Counted from the first letter of the stretch, positions 1 through 10,239 are shown. The stretch is DNA of 64,000 nucleotides from Clostridia bacterium (GCA_017394835.1 JAFPXD010000029.1:25281-89280); one strand, 5' to 3'. Translations and numbers: made by a program. The notes: generated from the sequence alone by a model not told the origin.

Positions 1-1402
1 CAAGGTTTTTGAAGCTTTCCGGGGTGAGCTCGTAAAGCCCGGGAATATCCTTAAGACCTATCTCGTTTATCAAAAGCTCCGCCGTCTTTTCGGAAAAGCC
101 CTCTATATCCATGGCGTCGCGGGAGGCGAAATGCGCGAGCTCCGCGGTTATCTGAGGCGTGCAGGAAAGCGAATTCGTGCAGAATATGTGCGCGCCGCGC
201 TGCTCCGTGTGCGCCCCGCAGAAGGGGCAGTGAGCGGGCGGGAACACGGGGTTTTCGGGCTCGCCCTCGTCGGCGCTCGAAAGTATCTCAGGGATCACGT
301 CGTTCGAGCGGCGTATGAACACGCGGGAGCCTATGCCGACGCGCTTCCTTTTTATATCGTCGTAATTGTTGAGGGTCGCCTTTCGGACGGTCGCCCCCAT
401 CAATTCAACGGGCTCAACGTGCGCGAGCGGGGTGAGCTTGCCCGTGCGACCGACCTCCCAGGTGATGTCGCGGATCACCGTGGTCTGCTCCTGCGCCGCG
501 AATTTATAGGCGATGGCGCCGCGGGGGAACCTGTCCGTATAGCCCAAAGCCTCGGCCTTGTTCATATCGTTGAGCTTTATAACCATTCCGTCGATATCGA
601 AATCGAGCGTGAAGCGGCGCTCCTCGGCCTTTTCGATCTCGCGTATCACGTCCTCTATGCCGCCGGCGAAAGTAAAATCGTTCACGGGGAAGCCGTTTTC
701 GCGAAGGAAAGAGAGCATCTCGGTCTGAAGGCGGAATTCCCGCCCCTCTATATAGCCCACGTCGTAGGCGGTGAAATCGAGCCTCCTTGAAGCCGTCACC
801 TTGGGATCGAGATTGCGGAGCGCGCCCGCCGCCGCGTTGCGGGGGTTCTTGAGCTGCTCCGAAGAGGTGCGGTTCAGTTCCTCAAGCACCGAAACGCGCA
901 TGTAGCATTCGCCGCGCACCTCGAATTTGCCTTTATAGGGGATGGTAAGGGGGATGCTCCTAACGGTCTTTGCCTGCGGGGTGATGCCCTCGCCGGTTAT
1001 GCCGTTGCCGCGGGTCGCCGCATAGACGAGCGCGCCCCCGTCGTAGGTGAGGTTCAGGGTAAGCCCGTCGAATTTGTATTCCAGAATGAATTTATCCGCC
1101 TCATCCGCGGGGCCGCATTTCGCTGCCCAGTCGCGCAGAGCTTCGAAGGTCTTTACCTTATCGAGGCTCCAAAGACGCTTTATGTGAGTGTGCTCCTCAA
1201 AATCGGAAAGCGGCGCTCCGCCGACCCTGTGAGTGGGCGAATCGGGAAGGACGATCCCCGTTTCCTTTTCAAGCCCTATGAGCTCGTCAAAGAGAGCGTC
1301 ATACTCCGCGTCGCTCGCGGGGGAGGCGTCCTCAACGTAATATGCGTGTGCCAGCTCGTTTATCTTTTCCGCGAGCTCCTTCATTCTTTCAAGCTTTTCC
1401 AT
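1..1402 (-). CDS. ligA: NAD-dependent DNA ligase LigA (N-terminal part; the gene runs off the window start)
   Basis: Reverse translation from the ATG at 1402 gives MEKLERMKELAEKINELAHAYYVEDASPASDAEYDALFDEL... The in-frame LEYKFDGL (KxDG adenylation motif) lies at 1061-1084. It sits 13 nt downstream of pcrA, the usual pcrA-ligA order. Confidence 0.9.
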   Translation of the reverse strand, partial: MEKLERMKELAEKINELAHAYYVEDASPASDAEYDALFDELIGLEKETGIVLPDSPTHRVGGAPLSDFEEHTHIKRLWSLDKVKTFEALRDWAAKCGPADEADKFILEYKFDGLTLNLTYDGGALVYAATRGNGITGEGITPQAKTVRSIPLTIPYKGKFEVRGECYMRVSVLEELNRTSSEQLKNPRNAAAGALRNLDPKVTASRRLDFTAYDVGYIEGREFRLQTEMLSFLRENGFPVNDFTFAGGIEDVIREIEKAEERRFTLDFDIDGMVIKLNDMNKAEALGYTDRFPRGAIAYKFAAQEQTTVIRDITWEVGRTGKLTPLAHVEPVELMGATVRKATLNNYDDIKRKRVGIGSRVFIRRSNDVIPEILSSADEGEPENPVFPPAHCPFCGAHTEQRGAHIFCTNSLSCTPQITAELAHFASRDAMDIEGFSEKTAELLINEIGLKDIPGLYELTPESFKNL

Positions 1403-1415
1403 ATAAACCCCGTCT

Positions 1416-3809
1416 TTATTCGTCCTCGAGGAGCTGCATGGCAACGTAGCCCGCGGCGAGCCTCTTTATACCAAACTTTTCGAAATCGACCGTCAGCGTA
1501 GCCGTGTCGCCCGAGCCCGATATATCGGTGATCACGCCCCGCCCGAATTTTTCGTGCATGACGCGCTGATGCTTTTTGTAAGCGGAGCCGACGAGCAGCT
1601 TTCCGTTCCCGGCGGGCGCCTTCTGCGCGGGCCTTGCGGGGGCGGGGGAAGGCGCTTGCCCGAAGCCCGGTATGCTCTTTGCGCCAAAACCGGCGGGAGC
1701 GAGCCCCGATATGCCGTTTCCCTTAACGGGGACGGAGGGGGAAGCCTTTGCGCCCTGCGCCGCCTTGGGCGACTTCGGATAAGCCCCCGCGGAGCCCTGC
1801 TTCGAACTGACCGCGCCGCGGCCTCCGTATGAGCCGTATGTACCGTATGAGCCGCCGAACCCGTAACCGCCGTATGAGGAGCGGGAACGGGAGCTGCCCT
1901 CATCGACGAGTTCCATCTCTTCAAGGAAGCGGGAGGGGGGATTCATCTGCCTGTCGCCGTAGAGCATCCTCGAACGGCAGCAGAGCAGGTAAAGCTTCTG
2001 CTCCGCGCGAGTCACGCCGACGTAGCAAAGGCGGCGCTCCTCCTCCATGCGGGTATCGTCCTCACGCGATTTAGAGGAAGGGAATACGTTTTCCTCCATG
2101 CCGGGGATGAAAACCACGGGGAATTCCAAACCCTTTGCGCAGTGCATGGTCATGAGCTTCACCGTGCCGTCCTCTTCGGAAATATCGTCGGAAGAGGAGA
2201 GCAGCGCGGCGTTTTCGAGGAAGGATTGGAGCATATCGACCTCAGCTCCCTCGTTCGCCTCCATGTGCTCGCGCATGGCGCCGATGAGCTCTTCTATATT
2301 CTCTATACGGGTCTCGAGAAGCCCGTCCTGCTGTTCGGTGAGGTATGCGATATAGCCCGTGCGCTCTATCACGTATTCGGCAAGCTCATCCAACGGCTTT
2401 TCGCGCCTTGCGGCAAACAGATCGACCATGAGCTCCGTGAACGAAGCGAGCTTTTGCTGTATTTTGGGCGGGCAGAGACCGTCCATCGAGGCGGCGTTGA
2501 ATAAGGATACGTCCGCCTGTTCCGCGTGGAAGGCGAGCTCCGAAAGGGTGGCCTGACCTATGCTGCGCTTGGGGACGTTCACTATCCTGCGGAAGGCCAC
2601 GTCGTCATTGGTGTTGGCGACGAGGCGGAGATAGGCCAGGATATCCTTGACTTCCTTATATTCATAGAAGCGCGTGCCGCCTATCAGCGAAACGGGTATG
2701 CGGAAGCTCTGCTGGAGAGTCGTTTCGATAACGCGGCTCTGCGCGTGCGTGCGGTAGAGTACGGCGTAATCGTTATAGCTCCTGCCGCGCCTGTGCCCCT
2801 GCGCGATCATCGTGCCTATCGTGTAGGCCTCGTCCCGCTCGGTATCGCAGGTCAAAAGCTCCACCGGCTCGCCGCTTTTCCTGTCCGTCCAAAGGGATTT
2901 TTCCTTGCGGCCCCTGTTGTTTTGAATGACGAGGTTCGCCTTGTCGAGTATGGGCTTCGTTGAGCGGTAATTTTGCTCGAGGCGCACCACCTTGGCCCCG
3001 GGGAAATCCTTTTCGAAATCCAGAATATTGCGGATATCCGCCCCGCGCCAGCCGTAGATGGACTGATCGTCGTCGCCCACGACGCAGAGATTGCGGCTCT
3101 CCTCGGTCAAAAGACGCACGATATTATACTGCACCGTGTTGGTATCCTGATATTCGTCAACGAGCACGTAGCGGAACCGCGCGCGGTATTTTTCGAGCAC
3201 TTCGGGGCAGGAGGTGAAAAGCTCCACCACCTTTATGAGAAGGTCGTCGAAATCGAGCGCGTCCGCCGCGATGAGCCGCTTCTGATACTCGCGGTAGATC
3301 TCTACCGATTTGCCGGAGGTATCGCCCACCTCGGATAAGTAATGCTCGGGCGAGTCGGAGGAATTCTTCGCTTCTGAAATGAGGCTCCTTATGTAATTCT
3401 TGGGCACCCGCTTTTCATCGAGGCCCATCTTCTTTATTATATCTGAAATGACCGTGCCTTGGTCAGAATCGTCGTAGATGGTGAATTTGGAGGTGTGGAC
3501 GCCGAGCGCCTCAATATCGAAGCGGAGCACCCTCGCGCAGAAGGAGTGGAAGGTCATGACCCACATATCCTTCACGGAAACGCCCGTGAGCCTTTCCGTC
3601 CTTTCGCGCATTTCGTTGGCCGCCTTGTTGGTAAAGGTGAGCGCAAGTATCTGCCACGGCCTCACGCCGTGGTTTTCGATAAGGTTCGCTATTCTGTAAG
3701 TGAGCACGCGGGTCTTGCCGCTGCCCGCCCCCGCAAGAACGAGGAGGGGGCCTTCCGAATGGAGGACCGCCTCCCTCTGCGGCGGGTTCAATGTTGAAAC
3801 GTCGATCAT
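1416..3809 (-). CDS. pcrA: ATP-dependent DNA helicase PcrA (UvrD family)
   Basis: 797-aa ORF with Walker A AGAGSGKT, DEYQDTN and the typical SF1 motif order. It has a C-terminal Tudor-like tail after a Gly/Ser/Tyr-rich linker. Confidence 0.93.
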   Translation of the reverse strand: MIDVSTLNPPQREAVLHSEGPLLVLAGAGSGKTRVLTYRIANLIENHGVRPWQILALTFTNKAANEMRERTERLTGVSVKDMWVMTFHSFCARVLRFDIEALGVHTSKFTIYDDSDQGTVISDIIKKMGLDEKRVPKNYIRSLISEAKNSSDSPEHYLSEVGDTSGKSVEIYREYQKRLIAADALDFDDLLIKVVELFTSCPEVLEKYRARFRYVLVDEYQDTNTVQYNIVRLLTEESRNLCVVGDDDQSIYGWRGADIRNILDFEKDFPGAKVVRLEQNYRSTKPILDKANLVIQNNRGRKEKSLWTDRKSGEPVELLTCDTERDEAYTIGTMIAQGHRRGRSYNDYAVLYRTHAQSRVIETTLQQSFRIPVSLIGGTRFYEYKEVKDILAYLRLVANTNDDVAFRRIVNVPKRSIGQATLSELAFHAEQADVSLFNAASMDGLCPPKIQQKLASFTELMVDLFAARREKPLDELAEYVIERTGYIAYLTEQQDGLLETRIENIEELIGAMREHMEANEGAEVDMLQSFLENAALLSSSDDISEEDGTVKLMTMHCAKGLEFPVVFIPGMEENVFPSSKSREDDTRMEEERRLCYVGVTRAEQKLYLLCCRSRMLYGDRQMNPPSRFLEEMELVDEGSSRSRSSYGGYGFGGSYGTYGSYGGRGAVSSKQGSAGAYPKSPKAAQGAKASPSVPVKGNGISGLAPAGFGAKSIPGFGQAPSPAPARPAQKAPAGNGKLLVGSAYKKHQRVMHEKFGRGVITDISGSGDTATLTVDFEKFGIKRLAAGYVAMQLLEDE

Positions 3810-4984
3810 TTGTTCAATGTCTTTATTGCTTTTTCGAGCTTTATAAGGTTTTCCTCGAGTATTTCGCGGGGGAGCGCCAGATTCCAGCGGCGGAAGCCGT
3901 TCCCGGCGGAGCCGAACATAGTCCCGTCGCTGTCGCAGATGCGGGCTTCGTTCACGAGAAATGCGTTGAGCTCATCATGATCCATGCCGAGCGCGCGCAT
4001 GTCTATCCACGCAAGGTAGGTGCCCTGCGCATGGGTCACGCGGAGCTCGGGTATCCGCTCGTCAATAAAGGAATACATGAGGCGGAAATTCCCGTCAACG
4101 ACGGAAAGGAGCTCGTCGAGCCACTCCGCGCCCTTTGTATAGGCGGCGATAGTCGCGGGTCGAGCGGGATAGGGCACGCAGCCGCAGCCGCTCTTATGCG
4201 CCTCGAACGAGAACTTTTCGCGCAGAGCGGGATCGGGAACGAAAATGTTGGAGCAGGAGAGCCCCGCAAGATTGAAAGTCTTTGAAACGGCGGTGCAGAC
4301 TATGCAGTTCCCCGCGGCTTCGGGAAGACTCGCAAAAACGGTGTGCGTGCCGCCGGGGAGTATAAGATCGTTGTGGATCTCATCGCTCACCACGGGGAAT
4401 TCGTTTTCAGAGGCGATGGCCGCTATGCGGGCAAGCTCTTCGCGGCTCCATACCCTGCCTATGGGGTTGTGCGGGCTGCAAAGCAGCATGAGCCTGACGG
4501 AAGGATCCGCGGCCTTTCTTTCAAGATCCTCAAAGTCGATCTCGTAACCGTGCTCCGTCTCCGCAAGGGGGCTTTCGACAATGCGCCTGCCGTTATCCCT
4601 TATCGCGTCATAGAAGGGGTGATAAACGGGAGTCATAATGAGCACCCCGTCGCCCTCGTTCGTAAAAGCGCGCACCGCAACGCCCAGCGCCTGAACGACG
4701 CCGTTGGTCACGACGAGCCAATCATCCTCGACCTGCCAATCGTGGCGGGTCTTCTGCCAATGCTTGACCGCTTCAAGGTATTCCCCCTGCGGCCCCGTGT
4801 AGCCGTAACAGCCGTGAAGAGCGGCCTTTGCCACCGCTTCGTTCACTTCGGGAGGGGCGGAAAACTCCATATCCGCCACCGTCAAAGGGACAATGCCCGA
4901 GCCCTTAAGGGGCTCGGGCATCATATCATACTTGAAGGCGCCGGTGTTCGACCGGTCTATTCTCGTTGTGAAATCGTATTTCAT
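3806..4984 (-). CDS. PLP-dependent class I/II aminotransferase, MalY/PatB-like (C-S lyase type)
   Basis: The start is re-picked at MKYDFTTRIDRSNTGAFKYD. The PLP-lysine motif SKTFNLAG is present. The ATG overlaps the iorB stop (TGATG) and the stop overlaps the pcrA ATG (ATGA). Confidence 0.8.
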   Translation of the reverse strand: MKYDFTTRIDRSNTGAFKYDMMPEPLKGSGIVPLTVADMEFSAPPEVNEAVAKAALHGCYGYTGPQGEYLEAVKHWQKTRHDWQVEDDWLVVTNGVVQALGVAVRAFTNEGDGVLIMTPVYHPFYDAIRDNGRRIVESPLAETEHGYEIDFEDLERKAADPSVRLMLLCSPHNPIGRVWSREELARIAAIASENEFPVVSDEIHNDLILPGGTHTVFASLPEAAGNCIVCTAVSKTFNLAGLSCSNIFVPDPALREKFSFEAHKSGCGCVPYPARPATIAAYTKGAEWLDELLSVVDGNFRLMYSFIDERIPELRVTHAQGTYLAWIDMRALGMDHDELNAFLVNEARICDSDGTMFGSAGNGFRRWNLALPREILEENLIKLEKAIKTLNK

Positions 4985-5553
4985 CAGTAATTGAAGCCTC
5001 TCTCGAAAGCCATGAGGTTGACGTCCAGGAACTTGGGCTTGACGCACGCGGTGATGGCCTTCTTCCACTCCTCCTCGGAGAAGGGAAGGGACTTTGCGAG
5101 CACGCCCATGAGCACGACGTTAGCCGCCTTGTAGGTGCCGCACTCATGCGCTATATCGACGGCGTTTATCTCAACGGTCTTGCAGGCGGCTCTCGCACGC
5201 TCAAGGCAGTTGGCGGGATACTGGGCCGCGCCGGTGATAACGGGCATGGGGAGGATCTCCTGAGTGTTGATGACCATGGTGCCGCCCTCCTTCATGTAGG
5301 GGAGCGCGCGGACCGCCTCGAGGTTTTCGAAGGCGAGCACAACGTCAGCCTGACCCTGCTCAACGATGGAGGAGTAGAGGGGCGCGTCGTTCGACATGCG
5401 AACGTAGGTGACTACGCTGCCGCCGCGCTGGCTCATGCCGTGGACCTCGCTGACGCGAACGTCATAACCATTGTTCATGGCAAGTACGCCTAAGATCTTG
5501 CTGGCGAGGAGGGTACCCTGACCGCCTACGCCGACTATAACAATGTTGAACAT
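4984..5553 (-). CDS. iorB: indolepyruvate:ferredoxin oxidoreductase subunit beta
   Basis: 189 aa with an N-terminal IVIVGVGGQGTLLASKILG, typical of the 2-oxoacid:ferredoxin oxidoreductase gamma-like fold. It lies directly after iorA. Confidence 0.85.
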   Translation of the reverse strand: MFNIVIVGVGGQGTLLASKILGVLAMNNGYDVRVSEVHGMSQRGGSVVTYVRMSNDAPLYSSIVEQGQADVVLAFENLEAVRALPYMKEGGTMVINTQEILPMPVITGAAQYPANCLERARAACKTVEINAVDIAHECGTYKAANVVLMGVLAKSLPFSEEEWKKAITACVKPKFLDVNLMAFERGFNY

Positions 5554-5567
5554 AACAGTACCTCCTA

Positions 5568-7295
5568 TTACTCAGCGGACTTCAGAGCGCCGAAATGGCA
5601 GAGCTGGGTGCACATGCCGCAGCCGACGCACTGGGTGGGATCGATGCGGACGCCCGTTTCGGTCTTGATGATGGCGGGGCAGCCGACCTTCATGCACATG
5701 CCGCAGCCGACGCACGCGTCGGGATCGTTTACGACGGGCTTATTGGTCTGCTTGATGATGAGCGCGCAGGGACGGCGGCTGATGACGACGGAAAGCCCGT
5801 CTCTGGCGACCTCTTCCTTGATGACGCGCTCGGTCTCCTTAAGATCGAACGGATCGACTATGCGGACGGAGGCAACGCCCATGGCCTCGCAGAGCTTGAC
5901 GATGTCGAGCTGGGTGGTGGGCTCGCCGTGGATATCCTTGCCGTTGGCGGGGTTGTTCTGGTGGCCGGTCATGCCGGTGATGGAGTTATCCGCGATTATA
6001 ACGGTCCCCACGGAGCGGTTGTAGGCCATGTTGAGAAGGCCGGTCATGCCGCTGTGGCAGAAGGTGGAATCGCCGAGCACCGCAACGGTGTGCTTCGCCT
6101 GATCGACGCCCCTCGCCTTCTCCATGCCGTGCGCCATGCCGATGGAAGCGCCCATGCAGACGCAGGTATCGACGCCGGAAAGGGGAGGCAGAGCGCCCAG
6201 GGTGTAGCAGCCTATATCGGAACATACCGTGAGCTTGAGCTTGCCGAGCACGTAGTAAAGGCCGCGATGGGGGCAGCCGGGGCAGAGCACGGGAGGACGA
6301 ACGGGAATATCGGCGGTGTTCATGGGGCCGACGGGCTCCGCGCCGTTGAACTTCTCTTCGATCTTGTGCATGAAGAGCTCGCCCTGAACGCCGGTCTTAT
6401 CCTTGCCGGAGCAGGGGATGCCCCAAGCCTTGATGGTATCCTCATAGAAGGGCTCCATATCCTCGATCACGTAAAGGGTCTCGACTCCCGCGGCGAACTC
6501 TTCGATGAGCTTTCTGGGAAGGGGATAGGCAAGGCCGAGCTTCAGCACGGAAGCTTCGGGCATGGCTTCCTTTACGTAGTTGTAAGCCGCGCCGGAGGTA
6601 ATGACGCCGATCTTGCGGTCCGCCCATTCGATGCGGTTGATGGGAAGGGTGTTCGCATCCTCGGCAAGCCTGATCTCACGCGCCTCAACGACCTTGTGGC
6701 GGCCGATCATGTTGGCGGGCATTGAAACGTACTTCTTGATATCCTTCTTGTATTCGCGAAGCTCGGGCACGACGCGCTCGCCCTGCTCGACGAGGGTGCG
6801 GGCGTGAGCGATACGGGTGGTGAGCCTTACGATAACGGGGGTATCGTACTCCTCGCTTATCTCAAAGGCGAGCTTCATGAAATCCTTGCATTCCTGACTG
6901 CTCGAAGGATCGAGGCAGGGAGCGTGGGAAGCGCGGGCAAGGAGTCTGGTATCCTGCTCGTTCTGGGAGGAGTGCATGCCGGGATCGTCCGCAACGACAA
7001 CTACCATGCCGGCGTTTATTCCGGTATAGGTGGCGGTGAAGAAGGGATCCGCCGCAACGTTGAGGCCGACGTGCTTCATGCAGGCCATGCTGCGGGCTCC
7101 GCCGACGGCGGCGCCGAGCGCGACCTCTACTGCGACCTTTTCATTGGGAGCCCACTCGGAGTAGATCTCCCTGTAGTTCGCGATGTTCTCGTTGATCTCG
7201 GTGCTGGGGGTTCCGGGATATGCGCTGGAAACGCGTACCCCTGCTTCGTAAGCGCCTCTGGCAATAGCTTCATTGCCGAGCATGAGCTGTTTCAA
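5568..7295 (-). CDS. iorA: indolepyruvate:ferredoxin oxidoreductase subunit alpha
   Basis: 575 aa with a TPP-binding region and two C-terminal 4Fe-4S motifs (CVGCGMCMKVGCP and CVGCGMCTQLCHFGA). Confidence 0.88.
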   Translation of the reverse strand: MKQLMLGNEAIARGAYEAGVRVSSAYPGTPSTEINENIANYREIYSEWAPNEKVAVEVALGAAVGGARSMACMKHVGLNVAADPFFTATYTGINAGMVVVVADDPGMHSSQNEQDTRLLARASHAPCLDPSSSQECKDFMKLAFEISEEYDTPVIVRLTTRIAHARTLVEQGERVVPELREYKKDIKKYVSMPANMIGRHKVVEAREIRLAEDANTLPINRIEWADRKIGVITSGAAYNYVKEAMPEASVLKLGLAYPLPRKLIEEFAAGVETLYVIEDMEPFYEDTIKAWGIPCSGKDKTGVQGELFMHKIEEKFNGAEPVGPMNTADIPVRPPVLCPGCPHRGLYYVLGKLKLTVCSDIGCYTLGALPPLSGVDTCVCMGASIGMAHGMEKARGVDQAKHTVAVLGDSTFCHSGMTGLLNMAYNRSVGTVIIADNSITGMTGHQNNPANGKDIHGEPTTQLDIVKLCEAMGVASVRIVDPFDLKETERVIKEEVARDGLSVVISRRPCALIIKQTNKPVVNDPDACVGCGMCMKVGCPAIIKTETGVRIDPTQCVGCGMCTQLCHFGALKSAE

Positions 7296-7471
7296 AACGA
7301 TTTACCTCCTTTATGTATGCGTATGAGTGCGGCCGAAAAGGACGGCCGTAGGTGTTCCCCTTCATTATAAAATAAAAACGCTCGAATTAACAGTATATTC
7401 ACTAATATATTTGAGAAATTCGGCAGATACTTTTCAAAAGAACGTATTTTTATCGGGACGGTGAGGTTTTT

Positions 7472-9058
7472 ATGGGTATTTTCGGAAGGATCCTGCGCTC
7501 CATCCCGGGCTTTTCGGCCCGCGACGGCAGGTTCGAGCTTTTGGAGCGCGAGTGCGGGAGCCTTGAAAACGCAGAAAAGAGGCGGAGCGAAGCCGAACGC
7601 GGGGACGAAAGGGCGCCCGTGCCCGTGCCGCGCTCGGTCCTCGAAGCGGAAAAGCTCCTTAAGGGGGAAGAGTTCTTCGGGAACGATCCCGATCTCATAA
7701 CGCGTGAGTTTACGGTCGGCGGCAGACTGCCGGCGCTCATAGTCTATATGAACGGGCTCGCTTCGGACGCCAAAATAAACGAGTTCCTGCTGCGGCCGCT
7801 CATGCGCGTGGGCGACAGGGAGCTTTCGGCGGAGCATCTTATCGAAAGCGTTATAGAGATCGCGGAAGTGAAAAGGGGGCGCGATATGGATCCCGCCGTT
7901 TCGGGAGTGCTGGAGGGAATGACGGCGCTCTTCTTCGAAGGGGCGGGGGAATACCTGCTGCTTGAAACGCGGGGCGCCGAAAAGCGCGCGGTGGGCAGCG
8001 CGGAAAACGAAAAGACCGTGCGCGGCTCCAAGGCCGCCTTCACGGAGGATATGCGCACCAATATCACGCTCATTCGCAGGGGCATAAAAAAAGCCGATCT
8101 CACAGTGAAATTACTGCCCTCCGGCGCAAAGGACGGGGGCGGTGCGGCAATAGTCTATCGTGAAGGATTTACCTCAAAGGCGCTCATTGCAGAGGTCGAA
8201 AAGAGGCTCTTTTCCGCCTCGCCCCGCATCACCGCAAGCGGAGTTGCGGAACAGCTTATGGAGGACGCGCCCCTCATGCCCGTCCCGCAGACGCTCGTTA
8301 CCGAAAGGCCGGACAGGGTCGTTTCCCACATAATGAACGGGCGGGTCTGCGTGCTCGCGGAAGGCAGCCCGGAAGCGGTGGTGGTCCCGGCGACGCTCGC
8401 CTCCCTCATGAACAGCCCGGAGGACGTGTATCTCAAACGCCCCCTCGGAACTCTCCTGCGGCTCGTGCGCTATGTGGGAGCGCTCGTTTCGGTAGTGCTT
8501 CCGGGATATTTTCTGGCGCTTGCGCTCTATCATCAGGGACTTATGACGACGGAGGTCCTCGGCACGGTCATCGCTTCCCGCAGAATGGTGTTCGAGCCCA
8601 TAGGCGCGGAGATGCTGCTGCTCCTTTTCATATTCCAGCTCATCCGCGAAGCGGGGCTGAGGGTGCCGGGCGGCATCGGGCAGGCGATAGGCATTATCGG
8701 CGGCCTCATAATGGGGCAGGCGGCGGTATCAGCGCATCTTGCAAGCTCCGTGGTGCTGATCGTCGTAGCGGGGGCGGGGCTTGGGAATTTCTGTATCCCG
8801 GATCACTCGCTCCAGCTTGCGGCGGCGTATTTAAGGCTCGCGGCGGTCGCAGCGGCGTGGCTCGGCGGTCTGCTGGGGCTGACGGCGGTGTTCCTGCTTG
8901 CACTGCTGAGGCTCGCGGGACTCAAGAGCTTCGGAATGCCCTTCCTTTCGCCGCTCGCGCCAAAGACCTTTTCCGACCGGCCGCCCATATTCCGCGGACC
9001 CATTAAGGGAGGGCTCCCATCGGACGGAGCCAATACCGAAAAGGACGGGGAGCTTTGA
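7472..9058 (+). CDS. gerAA: spore germination protein, GerA family A subunit
   Basis: 528 aa. The soluble N-terminal part (LITREFTVGG...IVYMNGLASD) is followed by about 5 C-terminal TM helices. The RBS GGTGAGG precedes the ATG. It is the first gene of an A-B-C triplet. Confidence 0.85.
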   Translation: MGIFGRILRSIPGFSARDGRFELLERECGSLENAEKRRSEAERGDERAPVPVPRSVLEAEKLLKGEEFFGNDPDLITREFTVGGRLPALIVYMNGLASDAKINEFLLRPLMRVGDRELSAEHLIESVIEIAEVKRGRDMDPAVSGVLEGMTALFFEGAGEYLLLETRGAEKRAVGSAENEKTVRGSKAAFTEDMRTNITLIRRGIKKADLTVKLLPSGAKDGGGAAIVYREGFTSKALIAEVEKRLFSASPRITASGVAEQLMEDAPLMPVPQTLVTERPDRVVSHIMNGRVCVLAEGSPEAVVVPATLASLMNSPEDVYLKRPLGTLLRLVRYVGALVSVVLPGYFLALALYHQGLMTTEVLGTVIASRRMVFEPIGAEMLLLLFIFQLIREAGLRVPGGIGQAIGIIGGLIMGQAAVSAHLASSVVLIVVAGAGLGNFCIPDHSLQLAAAYLRLAAVAAAWLGGLLGLTAVFLLALLRLAGLKSFGMPFLSPLAPKTFSDRPPIFRGPIKGGLPSDGANTEKDGEL

Positions 9059-10213
9059 ATGGAGGCGCGTGTGAAAACCAAACGAACAAAAGGAATATCC
9101 GACGGCACAGAGACCAACGCGGGGCGCATAGGCAGGGCCGAAACGCTTTCCGTAACGGTGCTTTCGCTCATTTCGACGGGGCTCTTTTCCGCGTTTGAAG
9201 CGGGCGAGCTCGGCACGGGCTTCGCCGCTGTGCTGACCCGCCCCGCGGCGCTTTTATTATCGCTTGCGCCCGTGCTTGCGGCGGCGCTGACGCTCCGCGG
9301 GAACGGCGAAACGGGCTTGGGCGAAACGCTCCGGATGGGGCTCGGCAAGGCGGCTCCCATCGCCGCGCTGCCGCTTGCCTTCTCGCTCACGCTCACCGCT
9401 GCGCTGCCGCTCGCGGAATTCACGGGGTTCATCCGCAGCTTCATGTTCGACAGCGTGCCGACTCTTTCCGTGCTCGCGTTCGTGATACCCGTATTCGCTT
9501 ATGCCGCGCTTGCGGGGCTCGAGCCCGAGGGCAGGGCGGCCTGCATATTGCTCCCGCTCGCGGCGGCGGCGCTCGTTATTGCGATACTTCCCGCCGCACA
9601 CGAATTCGAGCCGAGAAGGCTGCTTCCGTTCCCCTCCCCGGGCGAAGCGGCGAAGGGCGTTCCGGCGGGCGTGAGCCTGTTTTTGCCGGTGCTGTCCGCA
9701 CTGCTCATAAACCTCGGCGGGATAGGCGGAGCGGAGCGGGCGGGAAGGTATGCCGCGGTCTCCGCCGCCGTATCGGCCGCCGTGATATTCGCCGCGCTCG
9801 CCGCGCTGGGGCTCGTCTATCCCGCGCCGGTGCTCCGCGGGATGAGCTTGCCCCTTGCACGGATCGACTTCCTCAGCATAAAGCAAAGCTATGCGCTGAG
9901 GCTCGACAAGGTGCTTGCGATGGTGTGGCTTGCGGGGAGCATGCTCGCTCAGGCATACTGCGTGTATTCCGCCGCGCGGCTGATGGCCTCGAGCTTCGGC
10001 ACGCCGCTCTACGGGCCATTCGCGCTTGCGCTGTCGATCGCGGCGGGAGGGCTTGTGCTCGCTTGCGAAAACGCGCTCGGCGCGGGCAGGGCGGCGCTTC
10101 GCCTTTATTCGCGGGCGGGCTTCCTGCTGCCCATTCCGACGCTTGCCGCAGGGGCTCTGAGCGGGGTGCTGACGCGGCGCAAAAAGCAGGCCCCCAAAAG
10201 GACGCCGAGCTGA
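9059..10213 (+). CDS. spore germination protein, GerAB-type permease subunit (polytopic membrane protein)
   Basis: 384-aa Ala/Leu-rich protein with about 10 predicted TM segments. Its ATG abuts the gerAA TGA. The call rests on its position between the A and C subunits. Confidence 0.6.
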   Translation: MEARVKTKRTKGISDGTETNAGRIGRAETLSVTVLSLISTGLFSAFEAGELGTGFAAVLTRPAALLLSLAPVLAAALTLRGNGETGLGETLRMGLGKAAPIAALPLAFSLTLTAALPLAEFTGFIRSFMFDSVPTLSVLAFVIPVFAYAALAGLEPEGRAACILLPLAAAALVIAILPAAHEFEPRRLLPFPSPGEAAKGVPAGVSLFLPVLSALLINLGGIGGAERAGRYAAVSAAVSAAVIFAALAALGLVYPAPVLRGMSLPLARIDFLSIKQSYALRLDKVLAMVWLAGSMLAQAYCVYSAARLMASSFGTPLYGPFALALSIAAGGLVLACENALGAGRAALRLYSRAGFLLPIPTLAAGALSGVLTRRKKQAPKRTPS

Positions 10214-10239
10214 AAAAACCAAAGGAGATGAAGTGATTT

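Noticed and set aside
131-790. A 219-aa plus-strand ORF at the window start.
   Set aside because: It is antisense to ligA. The ligA reading frame, with its KxDG motif, is unambiguous on the minus strand.
7296-7471. A search for a sigma-G/sigma-F type forespore promoter upstream of the gerA operon.
   Set aside because: GAATT and CACTAATA-like elements are present, but their spacing does not fit the published consensus. I cannot support a call from sequence alone.
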